Below, piece by piece: positions 1-14,050 of a DNA stretch of 64,000 bases (the stretch's first letter is position 1; every line of letters starts with the position of its first letter). Source of the stretch: Hemiscyllium ocellatum (lineage: Eukaryota); contig NC_083417.1 in NCBI RefSeq assembly GCF_020745735.1, forward strand, positions 63,736,001 to 63,800,000. The letters run 5' to 3'. Both the position numbers and the translations under genes were made by a program. The notes beneath the pieces were generated by a model. It worked only from the letters and a program-made list of their open reading frames with translations. It was not told the DNA's origin and searched no databases.

Positions 1-539
1 TATTTTAAAAAGAACGTTAACTGAACTGATCAGCCTGCCCTAAATTCCAATGACTCCGTTTATGGTTCACGTGCACATAGATGACATGACCCTATTTTCA
101 ATTTATATTTTGCAAAGAATGGGATTGTGGTGACGCTGGGACTACATTCTGCCTAACCATACCATAATAAAACACAACAACGAAATAGTAGTGGTTTCAG
201 CAGCAGGATATTGTTTCTGTCTTGTTTACTGAGGTAAAAACGAAGCTGCGTATTAACTTACATTACAAAAACAGACAATTGGATAAAATTCGAAGTATAC
301 ATACATCTACAGTCTAACAAAACTGCAGAGGTTAACAGTTTTGAAAAAGAAATACCAGTTTCAACCAAATTCCAGACCTAAAACGGAAAACACACTTTTC
401 TTACAGTCACATGCTCATTTATTTCTATACCAACTATTGACTTATACAGTCACATAGTTCAGTGACACAGAATACGTCCCTTCAGCTCATCAAATCTGCA
501 CCAGTCAAAACTTGCAATGAACAATTTTAATCCCATTTT

Positions 540-2560
540 CCAGCACTTGGCGCACTTTGCTTTGTAAGCCTTGACATCAAGACATGCACATCAAGAGTGT
601 TTCTACCTCTATTACACTCGCAGTGACTTCCAGACTTCCTCTACCCAACGCATGTTCCTCGCATCTTTTCTAAACGCCCGACTGTTATCTTAAACCTTGT
701 TTCCCATAGTCTTTGATCCCTCCATCAAAGAATAAAAAGTTTCATTCCTGTCTATCTTATCTCTGCCAATCATAATTTTATACATTTCAATTATGTCCCC
801 ACTCAGGCTTCTATGCTGCAAGTAAACCATCCCACTGTATCTAATCTCCCTTCATAACTAAAAGTCTCCAGTCCACGAGAAATTCTGTTAAATCCATTTT
901 GTACTTCTCCAGTGCAATGACACTCCTCCTCATATGTAGATTCCATAATTACACAGAATATTCACACAGGGGCCTAACTAACATTTCTACAATTCCAAGA
1001 TAATCACATTGCTCTTAAATTCTGCCCAACCTAATAAAGGAATGTTTCTGTATGCCTTCTTCACCACTTTATCTTCCTGCCCTACTGCTGGAAGGGACTG
1101 GTGGATTTGCGCACCAGGGTCCCTCTGATTCTCAATGCTACCCAAGTGCTACTGTTAATGAAGTGTATTCTTGCTTTGTTTGCCCTGGATTACTTCACGT
1201 TTATCTAAATTGAATTCTATATGCTCCTGACTATACCATCTCACTAACCTGCCTCTGTCCTAATGTAATCTAATGCTATCCTCCTCATTATTTGGCAGCC
1301 AACAGTAAGACTCATTAAGAAACAAAATTATAATCTGTTCATGAGCGTAGACTCAAAAAGTAAGAACTCCTGGAATGGAGGGTTTTAGTTATGAACGGAG
1401 ATTAGATACAGTGGGATGATTTCCTTGGAGCAAAGAAGCATGAGTTGGGAAATGATTGAAATGTATAAAATTATGATTGGCATAGATAAGGTAGACTTTT
1501 CCATTGATGGAGGAATCAACGACTAAGGGACACAAGGTTTAAGATAACAATAGGCCGTTCAGAAAGGATGTGAGGAAAATGCAATGGATGGAGGAAGTCT
1601 GGAACTCACTGCGAGGGTATTAGAGGCAGAAACACTCAGAATATTGAAGCATTTTTTGGATGTGCATGCTTTGATATCAAGTGTTTTGTCACCTCTCATA
1701 TGGCCAAAGAGGAATTGGAAATTGTCTCCAATAAAGTGTTCTTTCCTCTCTTCCCCTATTCAAGAGCTTGGATACATTTCATCTTTTCTTGGTGATTTTT
1801 AAGCCCCCAGACCACCTAAAACCTCCACTCTGTCTGTGCGTATTGTGTATATCGCAGTTTCATTTCCTAATTTCTGTATCCACATCATTCTTCACACCAG
1901 TGAATATTGGCACAATGTTTTCATTTGGAAGCCTAACTGTATTTTCCAGATCATGGGAAAATGACCACATTGGATCTTAACGACTCTTACTCTTTCCCTA
2001 GTTATCCTATTGCCTTTAATGAGCTTGCAAATTAACTTAGTATTTTCTTGTATTTTACATGCCATAATTCTTTCATGATCCCCTTTTTGCTCTTCCAATT
2101 TACCCTTTGAGTTTCCTCTAGCAAACGTATATACCTTTCGAACTTCTGCTGTTTGACACATCTGAACTTGCCATAAGAATCCTTTTTTTCTTTATTCAAT
2201 CCAATACACACCTCAATATTCTGTGCTTACTCCATTTTTGTTTTGGTCCAATCCTTATATTTATTGGAACGCATTGACCAGTAAACACCTGATTGTCTTC
2301 ACGAATGCATCCCACTCCTCTGACACTTCATCTTAAAGTGTCTAGTCACAGTCCCCTATGGCCAACTCTCAACTTGCCTTATTCAAATCGGCCTTCCCCA
2401 AGTTTAGAACTTGGAATTCAGACCCATCCTTGTCCTTTTCCATACTAATCTTGAATGTAACACGATGCCGATCATTGTCTACAACATGCACACAACGCTT
2501 CCTACATTGGTATGCCAATTCATTGCCTAAAATTAAGTCAACTTTTACTGAGTAACGTCT
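540..2560. mobile_element. Decayed CR1-type LINE fragments in both orientations
   Basis: Resembles the CR1 ORF2 and 3' sequences elsewhere in the window (e.g. 1300-1700 plus; 1760-2560 minus). Confidence 0.7.
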
Positions 2561-2579
2561 TAGGGTTTCCAAGTATTGA

Positions 2580-2980
2580 GGCGGGAGTGTGGTGCTGGAA
2601 AAGTACAGCAGGTCTCAGCATTGGAGGAGCAAGAGAATTGAAGTTTTGGTCAAAAGGCCTTCATCAGAAATGAGGCTGATGAACCTACTAACTCAGCACC
2701 GTCCCTATGACCTGTCCGACCTGTCCATCTCTCTTCACACCTATTCACTTCACACACCCCTCTGACCTATCACCATTATACCCTCCTCCAACGACCTATT
2801 GCACTCTGAGCTAACTTTCCCCAAACACCACCACCCCACTCAAATTTATCTCTCCATCCCCAGGCTCCCAGCCTCATTCGTGATGAAGGGCCTTTGTCTG
2901 AAATGTCGATTCTCATTTTTCTAGAATGCTGCCTGGCCTGCTGTGCTTTTCCATCACCACCCAAATCTCCAGCATCCACA
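2580..2980. repeat. Penelope-type terminal repeat fragments
   Basis: GTGTGGTGCTGGAAAAG..CAGCAGGTC motif, recurring near 9.1, 14.0, 16.8, 40.9, 41.8, 42.1-42.8 and 52.0 kb. Confidence 0.65.
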
Positions 2981-4669
2981 GTCGCACTATTGCCTTGCTA
3001 AGTATTGGTTTGAAAGGGTGTCCTGGCTGTATTTTTAAGACTTCTGCTGCCTCTAAAGCTTTCACACTGCAAGTATCAAAGTTGGACAGTAAGAGCCAAG
3101 CAAATGGGGATTGGGGCAGACCATGTGGCTCCTCGAACCGGCTGCACCATTCAATAAAATCATGGCTGGTCGGATAGTCCTCATGTCTACTTTCCAAAGT
3201 TTACTGATCAATAGATTTTCTGTTATAACCTTAAATCTGTACAAATACTCTGCCACATCATGGTGGTGAGGAGGGGAATGGGATCACGGCGAATGGACAC
3301 GTAGTATCTTCTCAGTATCTATCCTGTCAAACGCAGTAAGAATCCTGTACATTTCAATCAAATCATCTCATTCTTCTATGTCATTTTTAATAGTACTGTC
3401 GCACTGGCAGTTTGTCAATTATTTGCTTCTTCTCCAGAATCAGACAATATTTTTGGAAAATTGTCAATACTTCCTCTGTACCTATTTCTTTTAGAATCCT
3501 CAGGTGCATGCATAAGGGGCGAGGGGTCCTAACTACTTTCAGTGCCATTAGTTAGTCTAATACTATTTCTCTAGTCATGGCGATTTTCCTTAATTCCCCG
3601 TATTCTTTAGCATTAATTGGATGTTCGAATACCTTCCACTATAAAGACCTGTACAAAATATCTATTTCACTGTTCTGCCATTCCCTTGTTCACCATAACT
3701 GTCTTCCCGATTCATTTTCAAGGGGTGATGTTCGCTTTGACATCTCTCTTCATTTTTACAGTTGTAAAGAGGGTTGTATTGTTCGTTTCCATATTCCTCA
3801 TTACTTGGACCTTGGGGTTTATTTTCTCTACTTATTATCTTTCTACTACAGCTTTTCTGGATTCTAAATTGATGCCAATCTTTGGGGCTATCACTGACTT
3901 TTATCGTCTGGTATTCTATTCCTTCCAACTCTGTATTCTCCTTAGCTTATTTAGTTAACCATGGTCGCTTTATCCCTCTCTTAGAACCTGTCCTCCTTCT
4001 TGCGATGCATATTTGCTCAGTTGTGTATTATCTCCATAAATGACTGTCATTGCTTGTTTACTGTCTCTCATGAGTTTTCAAATATTTTCTGTTGACAGTT
4101 AAGTGAGGAAGTGAATCCCGAATTATTGATAAAGACCATGCAGCACAAGCACCATTTTGTCTCTTAGTTTTCTTTGTTGTTAAAATGATATTTATGAAGT
4201 CTAATTTTACACTACATCTCATATGTCATAAAACTAGAGCACAGTTTGTCAACGGAACTATCAGACCATTCTGTCGAAGAATTTATGATTTCATAATTCA
4301 AATTAATTCGGGAAAATCAAATACCTCAGCAGTTAAAAACACAAGCCTCCAATGACGATCACACACTAATGAATATGATTGTCCACCTAGGAAATTCTGG
4401 GTCACTAGTTATAGATTCTGTGGATCCTTGCGTTAGTAGTGAGCCCAATACAGCAAGGACATCTATGACGACATATATGGTAGATTTCTTTTTCTGGGAG
4501 GTGGGATATGTTCTTGTCGTTCATATTGTTTAGATTCATTTCTCCACCGCCTTTTGAGTACTATTTCTTGTCGATGGGGTTTCGCAAAGAATTGTGTCCC
4601 TTAATACAGGAACTTCCTCCAAATCTGTTTCTTCTGAACAATGAGCTCCCGCACAATGATGACTACCTT

Positions 4670-5430
4670 GTGTTTCTCTAGGGCACCTTCAGAGTGACTC
4701 TGGAACGTTCCCTTTGCCTTTTATATGTTTTGGTGCGTTCCTTGAGCTGGACAAAGATGATTTGCTTTGACAGTTTGAACCCAAGCATCCTAAACACGTG
4801 ACCAGTCCAGTGGAGTTGGACTGCGTTGATCAAAACTTCGGTGCCTGGCTGCTTCAAGCATGCTAATGTGTGAACTTCTATTACCCCCATTGATGCAGAG
4901 AATCCATCACAAGCTATCTTCATAATATTTCTCAGGGGCTTTGAGATAGCTTGCATACATAGTCGCAATTTCGAAGGCATTTGGATGGGTTGGAAGGGTG
5001 ACTACACCATCCAGAAGTACCTTCGTAGAAGCATAAATGGCATGGTCATAGAAGACTCTCACCCTTAGTGATACAAAGGCAACACTCATAAATTGAATAC
5101 TTTATTCAATCTCCACATTGATATCAGCCTTATATGGAAATACCTTCTCTGGTAAGGGAAATGTTCCCTGTTTCCGATTGCTTCCCAATTGCTCACAAAT
5201 GAATGTGATTTGAAATGATTTTGGAAAGAACTCGAGTTTTGTTCAGGCTGAGGCTGAGAACTTTTTTTTGGTATTCTTCTGTGAAGGCATTAAGAGAGGC
5301 TTGAAGATTCTCTTCGGTCAGTGCCATTTTATTTGTGGATTTCAACCAGTTGAAATTGTAATGTTTTCCATCCATTGTATATGAAATATCCACATCACTG
5401 TTAAGTTTGCTCTTGGCAAGATGCAAAATG
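4670..5430 (-). mobile_element. RTE-clade LINE fragment
   Basis: QLHWTGHVFRM...LSKQIIFVQLK...RQRERSRVTLK resembles the RTE ORF2 C-terminus. Confidence 0.7.
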
Positions 5431-5531
5431 GTGGGGCTGAGGATGGAGAAAACAGATGGGGCACTGAATTGAGATCAAAACATTTTGTCGTATTACCTTT
5501 GGCGAGGGCTTGTTTTTTTAAAATATCTATC

Positions 5532-5567
<36 letters not shown>
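5532..5567. repeat. (TA)n(CA)n microsatellite
   Basis: Directly visible. Confidence 0.95.
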
Positions 5568-5569
5568 AG

Positions 5570-6870
5570 ACAATGTATTATTTAATCACCTGTTCCAATG
5601 TAGGCAGCTCCCATAAGATACATCCTTGGCAAAGGCAATTCAGCAACACAGTTATTATTCTCCCATGCTGTCTGTCTCAAGTTCAGTGGAAAGCAAATCC
5701 ATAACAAAACAAGCTGCCCCTTTTCAATCATAAGAGGATACTTCTCCGTCTAAGACTTCACTCCAGCAGCAGAAAACTCAAGGTTTCAGCTCCAGCAGTC
5801 AGCAGAAACCTTAAATCAACCAAAGGAGAGGAAAACTAAAGTCTCATGAGTTTGGATGAGCCTGACCTTGCCCTTTAATGTCACTTTTGTTTTACATTCA
5901 TAAAAACAGGGAAAAATCAAAGCTATTTTGGAACTGCCCGACTGAAGGAGACAGTTTGGCACTACAGTGATAACACCCCTCTGCAAGAGAAACTGGATAG
6001 AAAATATTTCTTAAAGGCAAACTAATGACCCATCAATATACAAGGTGCTGTTTTCTAAGCCTTCAGTCGCACACAATTGGTATTCTACACTGAACATACG
6101 TTTTATTAACTCTAAACATGTAAAGATTCAATAATACAATTCATTTCAGTCCGTTTCTTCAGCCACCAAATTTCTTCCTTCATCCAAGTTGTGACAAAAT
6201 AGCAGCACTTATGATCTCTCATCCTGTCACGTGTATAATTTCAAGTTGATTGACTGTAACAATAATCTCCATACAAATAGTCTGGTATCTTTGTCCTTTA
6301 CATGGTCTACAAAAAAACTTCAAGAATTTGCAAGCTATGTCCACAATTGGCTCAGGTACATTGCCAGCCACACAAATATTGAAATATTGCAAAGCTAACA
6401 TCAAGCTCAAGCTCTCTTTCTCAATGGTAAAATGTTTCCTTGAGTTCTTTCTATATTCTAATAACCTTTTTGCAAGAGTGCAGCACCTATACCACTCGCA
6501 TCAATAGCCACTTAAAACAGCCATATGTGTTTCTAAATATGTGGTAGTGGTCAACACTGCTTTCAATCTCTAAAATGTCTTTTGATACTCATCCGCGTAC
6601 TGAAATTTTCTGCTTTTCTTCAGAGGTCAGTCAGTGGGGCGACTACACTTCTCCAATTCTGCACAAATTTCACACACCCACTCAAGCATAGGGAATTCAG
6701 TACTTCCCCTTTGTTGAAAGTCCATTTGGTGTCACGAAAGCCAAAATTGTGTTAGATATTTCGGATAAACTTACCTGTCAGTGTCATTTCACTATAAGTT
6801 TCCTTCCCACGTCTGAATGTAATCTTCCAATCGTGAATCATGATGTATCAGATTTCATAACAGCGTTAAC
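5570..6870 (-). mobile_element. Gypsy LTR retrotransposon 3' part: RT/RNase H relic, PPT and partial 3' LTR (boundary 5975)
   Basis: Degenerate YQNVNAVMKSD, AFVTPNGL, AIDASG and TIEKESLSLMLALQYF. The purine tract GCAGAGGGG abuts TGTTATCAC. Confidence 0.75.
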
Positions 6871-6879
6871 ATTTTGATA

Positions 6880-8540
6880 CAATACACATAGAGTCATCCA
6901 GTCATGGAGATGGGCAGGATTAAAACAGACCTTTCAGTCCAACTCGTCCATGATGACCAGGCATTCTAAATTCATCTATTCCCATTCGCCAGAATGTGGC
7001 CCATGTCCCTCTAATTCTTATTCATATACCGATTTAGATGCCTTTAAAATATTGTACTTGCACCAGTCTCCACTACTTCCTCTTGTCGCTCATTCCATTC
7101 ATGCACCACGATCTTCAAGAAAATGCTTTCCTTTAGGTCCATTTTAAATACTTCCCCTTTCACCTGAAACATATACCTCCTTGTTTTGTGTTCGCCACCT
7201 CAGGGAAAAAGACCCTATCCGTGTCTCTCATGGTTTTATAAACCTTTATGAGTTTACCTCTCATCATCTGATGCTCCAAAGAAAATATTACAAGCCTATT
7301 CAGTCTCTCCGTGCAGTCCAAATCCTTCAAACCTGGCAATCCTTGTAAATCTTTTCTGAAATCTTTCAAATTTCACGACATCATTCCTATAAGAGGGAGA
7401 CAAGATTTGCACGCAGTATTCCAAAAGTGGCCTTACCAATGCCCTGTACAGCCGCACCATGACGCCCCAACTCCTGTACTCTGCACTGACCAATGAAGAC
7501 AAGCACACAAACGCCATTTTTGTTGCCCTGCCTACCTGAGACTTCACTTTCATGTAACTGTGAACTGCAGTCCAAAGTGTCTTTGTTCAACAAAACTCCC
7601 CAGTGTATAAATCATGCCGTGATTTTCCTTTCCAAAGGCAGTGTCTCACATTTATCTAAATTAAATTCTGTCAGACTGTCATCAGGCCATTAGCCCACTT
7701 GATCAAAATCGCGTTGTACTCTGAGGTAGCCGTCTCCACTGTCCACTGCACCTTTAACTTTGGTGTCATCTACAAATGTACCTCCTATGTTCGCATTCAA
7801 ATAAGTTTTATAAATGACGAAAAGCAGTGGAGCGAGCACCAACCTTTTGTGGCACACTGCTAGTCACAGATCTCCAGTCTGTAAAGCAGTCCTCCACCAT
7901 CACACTCTGTCTTCTACTGTCGAGCCAATTCAGCATTAAATAGTGACACAACGTTAGTCTGCCTGCAGTCTTCTGGCATCTCACTTTTGGCTATTGACGG
8001 TGCAAGTATCTCAGCACGGGGAGAAGCAATCACTTCACAAGCTTCCCACATTGTTCTTGTTTACACCTGGTCAGGTCCAGGTGATTTATCCACATGTATG
8101 CATTTTAAGTCGTCCAGCACTTCTTCCTCGGTGATTTGGACCTTTTTTTCAAGATGCCACTGTTTAATTCTATGTTTTCTATCTTCGATAGTCTTCTCCA
8201 GTGTGAACACTGATGCAAAATACTCTTTATATCTCTAATATCTCTCCTATCTTCTGTGGTTCTGCCCGTAGGTGACCTTATTCCATATTTTCTCCCTAGT
8301 TAACCTTTAGTCCAAAATGTGCTTGTAAATTCCCTTTGGATTCGCCTTAATCCTATTTGTCAAAATTATTTCACGTCCCTCTTTTGCCTTCCTGATTTCA
8401 CTCTTAACTGTACTCCTACTGCCTGTATGCTCTCTTTCCGAATTCACTCGATCTCTGCTGTCTATCTCTGATGTATGCTTCCTTATTATTAACTAAAAAC
8501 CTCAATCTCTCTCGTCATCCAGAATTCTATACACCTATTA
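6880..8540 (-). mobile_element. CR1 LINE, 3' portion of ORF2 and tail
   Basis: LYRALVRPLLEYCVQ...YRNDVVKFERFQKRFTR; CR1 3' end near 6890. Confidence 0.85.
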
Positions 8541-9109
8541 TAATCGTTGCATAGCATTGTTTGCTTTTCAGTCTGCACCAGGGAGGGTTAAGCAGAAATA
8601 CATGACGGTTATAGGTCTGGGGGGATTGGCACTGAGGAACTGTTGAATCCCACAGCCGGACACCTGCGTTGAAAAGCGTGTGATGGGAGGGATAAGATCA
8701 TAGCAGCAAGAAAGCGTCCAAAGGGTCATGTCTAAGGACAAAGTGAAAATTACAAAGGAACCAAACGCTCATTGGATTGCCAACAAAGCAAACTATGAAA
8801 ATGATCAGGCGAAGTATGGCCAAGCCGCCCCAATACCAAACCCGAAATATTGATGGAAGCGACAGGTGAAAAATAAATGTGAGAAGATATTTGCAATTTT
8901 GACAGCCTTGATAAGAAATCGGGCCAGTGAGAGAGGGAACATTCTGGGTACTAGCTCTTGGATATGATAGTTGAAAGCAAAAAAAAATGGAGAGCAGTCA
9001 CTATTGGGGAGACATCTGGAGCCCGGCTCTGCTCAACAGGTAGTGCAGACAATGACATTGACTCGAATAGGTTAGATGTGTATGTGAGTAGGGCAATAAT
9101 TAACCTAGC

Positions 9110-11720
9110 AGTAAAATCGACGTTTCAGGCAAAAGCCCTTCGTCAGGAATAGAGGCAGAGAATCTGAAGGGTGAAGAGATAAGCTAGAGGAGGGTGGGGG
9201 TGGGGAGAAAGTGGCATCGAGTACAATAGGTGAGTGGGGAGGAGATGACGGTGATAGGTCAGGGAGGAGGGTGGAGTGGATAGGTGGAAAAGAAGATAGG
9301 CAAGTAGGACAAGTCATGGGGACAGTGCTGACCTGGAAGTTTGGAACTAGGGTAAGGTGGGGGAAGGGAAAATGAGGAAACTGTTGAAGTCCACATTGAT
9401 GCCCTGGGTTTGAAGTGTTCCAAGGCGGAAGATGAGGCGTTCTTCCTCCAGGGGTCTGGGGACGAGAGAGGGGCGGCAAAGGAGGCACAGGACCTCCAAG
9501 TCCTCGGCAGAGTGGGAGGGGAAGTTGAAATGTTGGGGCACAGGGTGGTGTGGTTGTTTGCTGTGGGTGTCCTGGAGATGTTCCCTAAACTGCTCTGCTA
9601 GGAGGGGTCCAGTCTCACCAATGTAGAAGGGACTGCATCGGGAGCAACGGATGCAATAAATGATATTGGTGGATGTGCAGGTAAAACTTTGATGGATGAG
9701 GAAAGCTCCTTTAGGGCCTTGGATGGAGGTGAGGGAGGAGGTGTGGGGGCAGGTTTTGCAATTCCTGCAGTGGCACGGGGAAGTGCCAGGATGGGAGGGT
9801 GGATTGCACGAGGGCAAGGACCTGACAAGGTAGTCATGGAGGGAACGGTCTTTGCAGAAGACGGAAAGGGGTGGGTAGGGAAATGTATCCCTGGTGGTGG
9901 GGTCTTTTTGGAGGTGGCAGAAATGTCGGCGGATGATTTGGTTTATGCAAAAGTTGGTAGGGTGGAAGGAGAACACCAGGGGCGTCCTGTCCTTGTTACA
10001 GTTGGAGGGATGGTGTCTGAGGGCGGAAGTGCGGGATGTGGATGAGATGTGTTGGAGGGCATCTTTAACCACGTGGGAAGGGAAATTGTGGTCTCTAAAG
10101 AAGGAGGCCATCTGGTGTGTTCTGTGATGGAACTGGTCCTCCTGGAAACAAATACGGCAGAGGTGAAGGAATTGGGAATAAGGGATGGCATTCTTGAAAG
10201 AGGTAGGGTGGAAAGAGGTGTAATCCAGGTAGCTGTGGGAGTCAGTGGGTTTGTAAAAACATGTCAGTGTCTAGTCAGTCATCATTAATGGAGATGGAGA
10301 GGTCCAAGAAGGGGAGGGAGGTGTCAGAGATGGTCCAGGTAAATTTAAGGTCAGGGTGGAATGTGTTGGTGAAGTTGATGAATTGCTAAACCTCCTCGCA
10401 GGGCACGAGGTGGCACCAATGCAGTCATCAATGTAGCGGAGGAAGAGATGTGGAGTGATGCCGGTGTAATTACGGAAGATTGACTGTTGTACGTAGCCAA
10501 CAAAGAGACAGGCAAAGTTGGGGACCATATGTGTCCCCATGGCTTCCCCTTTGATCTGGAGGAAGTGGGAGGATTCGAAGGAGAAATTGTTAAGGGTGAG
10601 GACCAGTGCGGCCAGACGAATGTGAGTGTCGGTGGTATGGTACCGTTGGGGACGTCGGGAGACGAGAAAACGGAGGGCTTGGAGGCCCTGGTCATGGCGG
10701 ATGAGGTGCAGAAGGATTGGATATCCATGGTGAAGATGAGGCGTAGGGGGCCAGGGAAACGGAAGTCTTGGAGGATGTGGAGGGCGTGGGTAGTGTCTCG
10801 AATGTATGTAGGGCACTCCTGGACTGGGGGGAAAGGACAGTGTCGAGATTGGTAGAAATGAGTTCAGTGAGGCAGGAGCATGCTGAGAGAATGGGTCGGC
10901 CAGGGTGGTCAGGCTTGTGGATCTAGGGAAGGAGGTAGAACCGGGCATTGCGGGGTTTCCGGACTATGAGGTTGGAAGCTGTGGTTGGTAGATCTCCTGA
11001 CGTGACGAGGTTCTGTATAGTCTGGGAGACGATGGTTTGGCGATGGGGGTGGGATCATGGTCGAGAGGGTGGTAGGAAGAAGTTTCGACGAGTTGGGGTT
11101 TGGCTTCAGCGGTGTAGAGGGCAGTACGCCAGACTACCACTGCGCCCCTTTATCTGATGGCTTGATGGTGAGGTCGGGATTGGAGCAGAGGGATTGGAGG
11201 GCTGCGTGCTGTGAGGATGAGAGGTTGGAGTGTGGGAGGGGGTAGACAGGTTGAGGTGGTTAATGTCCCAGTGGCAGTTGGAAATGAAGAGGTCCAGGGC
11301 AGGTAATAGGCCAGCGCGGGCTTTCCAGGTGGATGCAGTGTGTTGGAGATGGGCGAAGGGGACCTCGGAAGGTTGGCGGGAGTCCTGATTGTGAAAGTAA
11401 GCTCAGAGGTGGAGACAGCGGAAGAAGTGCTGAACATCATGGCATGTATTAAATTCATTGTTGCGTGGACGGAGAGGGATGAAGGTGAGTCCTTTGCTGA
11501 GGACTGATCATTCGTCCTCAGTGAGGGGGAGGTCTGGAGGGATGATGAAAACTCGGCAGGCCTGGGAGCTGGGATCTGATGTGGGTGTGGAGCTGGGAGT
11601 GGGGGTGGAGCTGGCAACTGGAGTGGGTGTGATGGTAGGCGGAATGGGGTTGGAGTCATGAGCAGGGGTGGCGTACCCCTCAGTGTTCTGGGGCAGGAAG
11701 GTGTTCCTCATGCATCACAC
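9110..11720 (-). mobile_element. Penelope-like element (RT + GIY-YIG endonuclease), disrupted
   Basis: LTLNNFSF..LQIKGEAMG...LRYIDD (RT) and IYCIRCSRC..FYIGETG..LAEQFREHL (GIY-YIG). Confidence 0.9.
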
Positions 11721-11879
11721 GTGACACCACTTCCGCCCCTCACATCATCGCTGATGTCACATACTCACTGATGTCCGCCGCCCCTACTACAGTGTCTGCC
11801 ACCACTTCCACCCTCAGCAACACTACTCACCGGCATTCTGCTGACACCCCCCCCCCCGCACAGAACCCACTGTCAACAT

Positions 11880-14050
11880 TCCCAGCCCCCAGAACCCTGA
11901 GGGGAACACCACCCTTCTCATGACTACACCCCTATTCCGCCCACCATCACACCCATTCCTGTTGTCGGCTCCGGCCCCACTCCAAGATCCACACCCACAT
12001 CAGATCCCAACTCCCAGGCCTGCCGAGTTTTCACCATCCCTCCAGATCTCCCCCTCACTGAGGACGAACGATCAGTCCTCATCAAAGGACTCACCTCCAT
12101 CTCCCTCCATCCATGCATCAATGAATTTTATACACGCCATGAGGTCGAACACTTCTTCCGCCGCCTCCACCTCGGAGCTTACTTTCACAATCAAGACACC
12201 CACCCACCTTCCGAGGACCCCTTCGCCCACCATTAACACACTGCATCCACCTGGACACCCCACGCTGGCCTATTACCTGCCTTCGACCTCTTCATTTCCA
12301 ACTGCCGCCAGGTCATTAACTGCCTCAACCTGTCTACCCCCTCCCCCACTCCAACCTCTCACCCTCACAGCGTGCAGCCCTCAAATTCCTGTGCTCCAAT
12401 CCCGACCTCACCATCAAGCCATCAGATAAAGGGGGTGCAGTGGTAGTCTGGCACACTGACCTCCACACTACTGAGGCCAAATGCCAACTCGCGGACACCT
12501 CTTCCTACAACCTTCTCGACCATTACCCCACGCCCAATCTCCAAACCATCATCTCCCAGACCATACAAAACCTCATCACGTCAGGAGATCTCCCACCCAC
12601 AGCTTCCAACCTCATAGTCTGGGAATCCCGCACTGCCCGGTTCTACCTCTTTCCCAAGATCCACAAGTCTGACAACCCTGGCCGACCCATTGTCTCAGCA
12701 TGCTCCTGCCCCATTGAACTCATCTCTACCTACTTCGACACTGTCCTATCCCCCATAGTCCAGGAACTCCCCACATGCGTTCAAGTCACCACCCACGCCC
12801 TCCACCTCCTTCAAGACTTCCGTTTCCCCGGCCCCCTATGCCTCATCTTCACCATGGATATCCAATCCCTCTACACCTCTACACTGCCATGACCAGGCCA
12901 TCCAAGCCCTCCATTTTTACATCTCCCGACGTCCCCAAAAGTACCCTTCCACCAACACTCTCATTCATTTCGCTGAACTGGTCTTCACACTTAACAATTT
13001 CTCCTTCAAATCCTCCCACTTCCTCCAGACCAAAGGGGTAGCCATGGGCACACGTATGGGCCCAGACTATGCCTGTCTCTTTGTTGGCTACGTAGAACAG
13101 TTGATCTTCCGTAATCACACTGGCACCACTCCACATCTCTTCCTCCGCTACATTGATGACTGCATTGGCGCCACCTCGTGCTCCTGCGAGGAGCTTGAGT
13201 AATTCATCAATTTCACCAACACATTCCACCTTGACCTTAAATTTACCTGGACCATCTCTGACACCTCCCTCCCCTTCTTGGACCTCTCCATCTCCATTAA
13301 TGATGACTAACTCGACACTGACATTTTTTCCAAACCCCACCGACTCCCACAGCTACCTGGATTACACCTCTTTCCACCCTACCTCTTGCAAAACTGCCAT
13401 CCCTTATTCCCAATTCCTCCGCCTCCGCCGTATCTGTTCCCAGGAAGACCACTTCCACCACAGGACACACCAGATGGCCTCCTTCTTTAGAGAATGCAAT
13501 TTCCCTTCCCACGTGGTTAAAGATGCCCTCCAATGCATCTCATCCACATCCCGCAACTCTGCACTCAGACCTCCCCCACCCCCAACCGTAACAGGGACAG
13601 AACTTGCCGAGGACATGGAGGTCCTGGGCCTCCTTTGCCGCCGCTCCCTCGCCCCCAGACCCCTGGAAGAAGAACGCCTCATCTTCCGCCTCGGAACACT
13701 TCAACCCCAGGGCATCAATGTGGACTTCAACAGTTTCCTCATTTCCCCTTCCCCACCTCACCCTAGTTCCAAACTTCCAGGTCAACAGTGTCCCCATGAC
13801 TTGTCCTACTTGCTTATCTTCTTTTCCACCTATTCACTCCAATCTCCTCCCTGACCTATCACCGTCATCCCCTCCCCCACTCACCTATTGTCCTCTATGC
13901 TACTTTCTCCCCACCCCCACCCTCCTCTAGCTTATCTCTCCACCCTTCAGGCTCTCTGCATTTATTCCTGATGAAGGGCTTTTGCCTGAAATTTCGATTT
14001 CCCTGCACTTTGGATGCTGCCTGAACTGCTGTGCTCTTGCAGCACCACTA
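11880..14050 (+). mobile_element. Second Penelope-like element, inverted relative to the first, with most of the GIY-YIG region deleted near 13600
   Basis: ARFYLFPKIHKSDNPGRPIVSAC and YSQFLRLRRICSQE; direct junction from DR(T) to AEDMEVL. Confidence 0.88.

Noticed and set aside
130-235. Lys-containing TM-like stretch (ILLLKPLLF / VVVFYY)
   Set aside because: Needs two compensating frameshifts in AT-rich sequence; not supportable.
4325-4417. TM-like exon (FPRWTIIFISV..IVIGGLCF) on the minus strand
   Set aside because: Two stops in the splice-compatible frame, and no linked ectodomain exon was found.
6770-6870. Apparent exon ending ACAG/GTAAGT
   Set aside because: Lies within the Gypsy RT relic.
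9105-13930. Many long Pro/Ser-rich ORFs in the ORF track
   Set aside because: Alternative frames and antisense of the Penelope elements.
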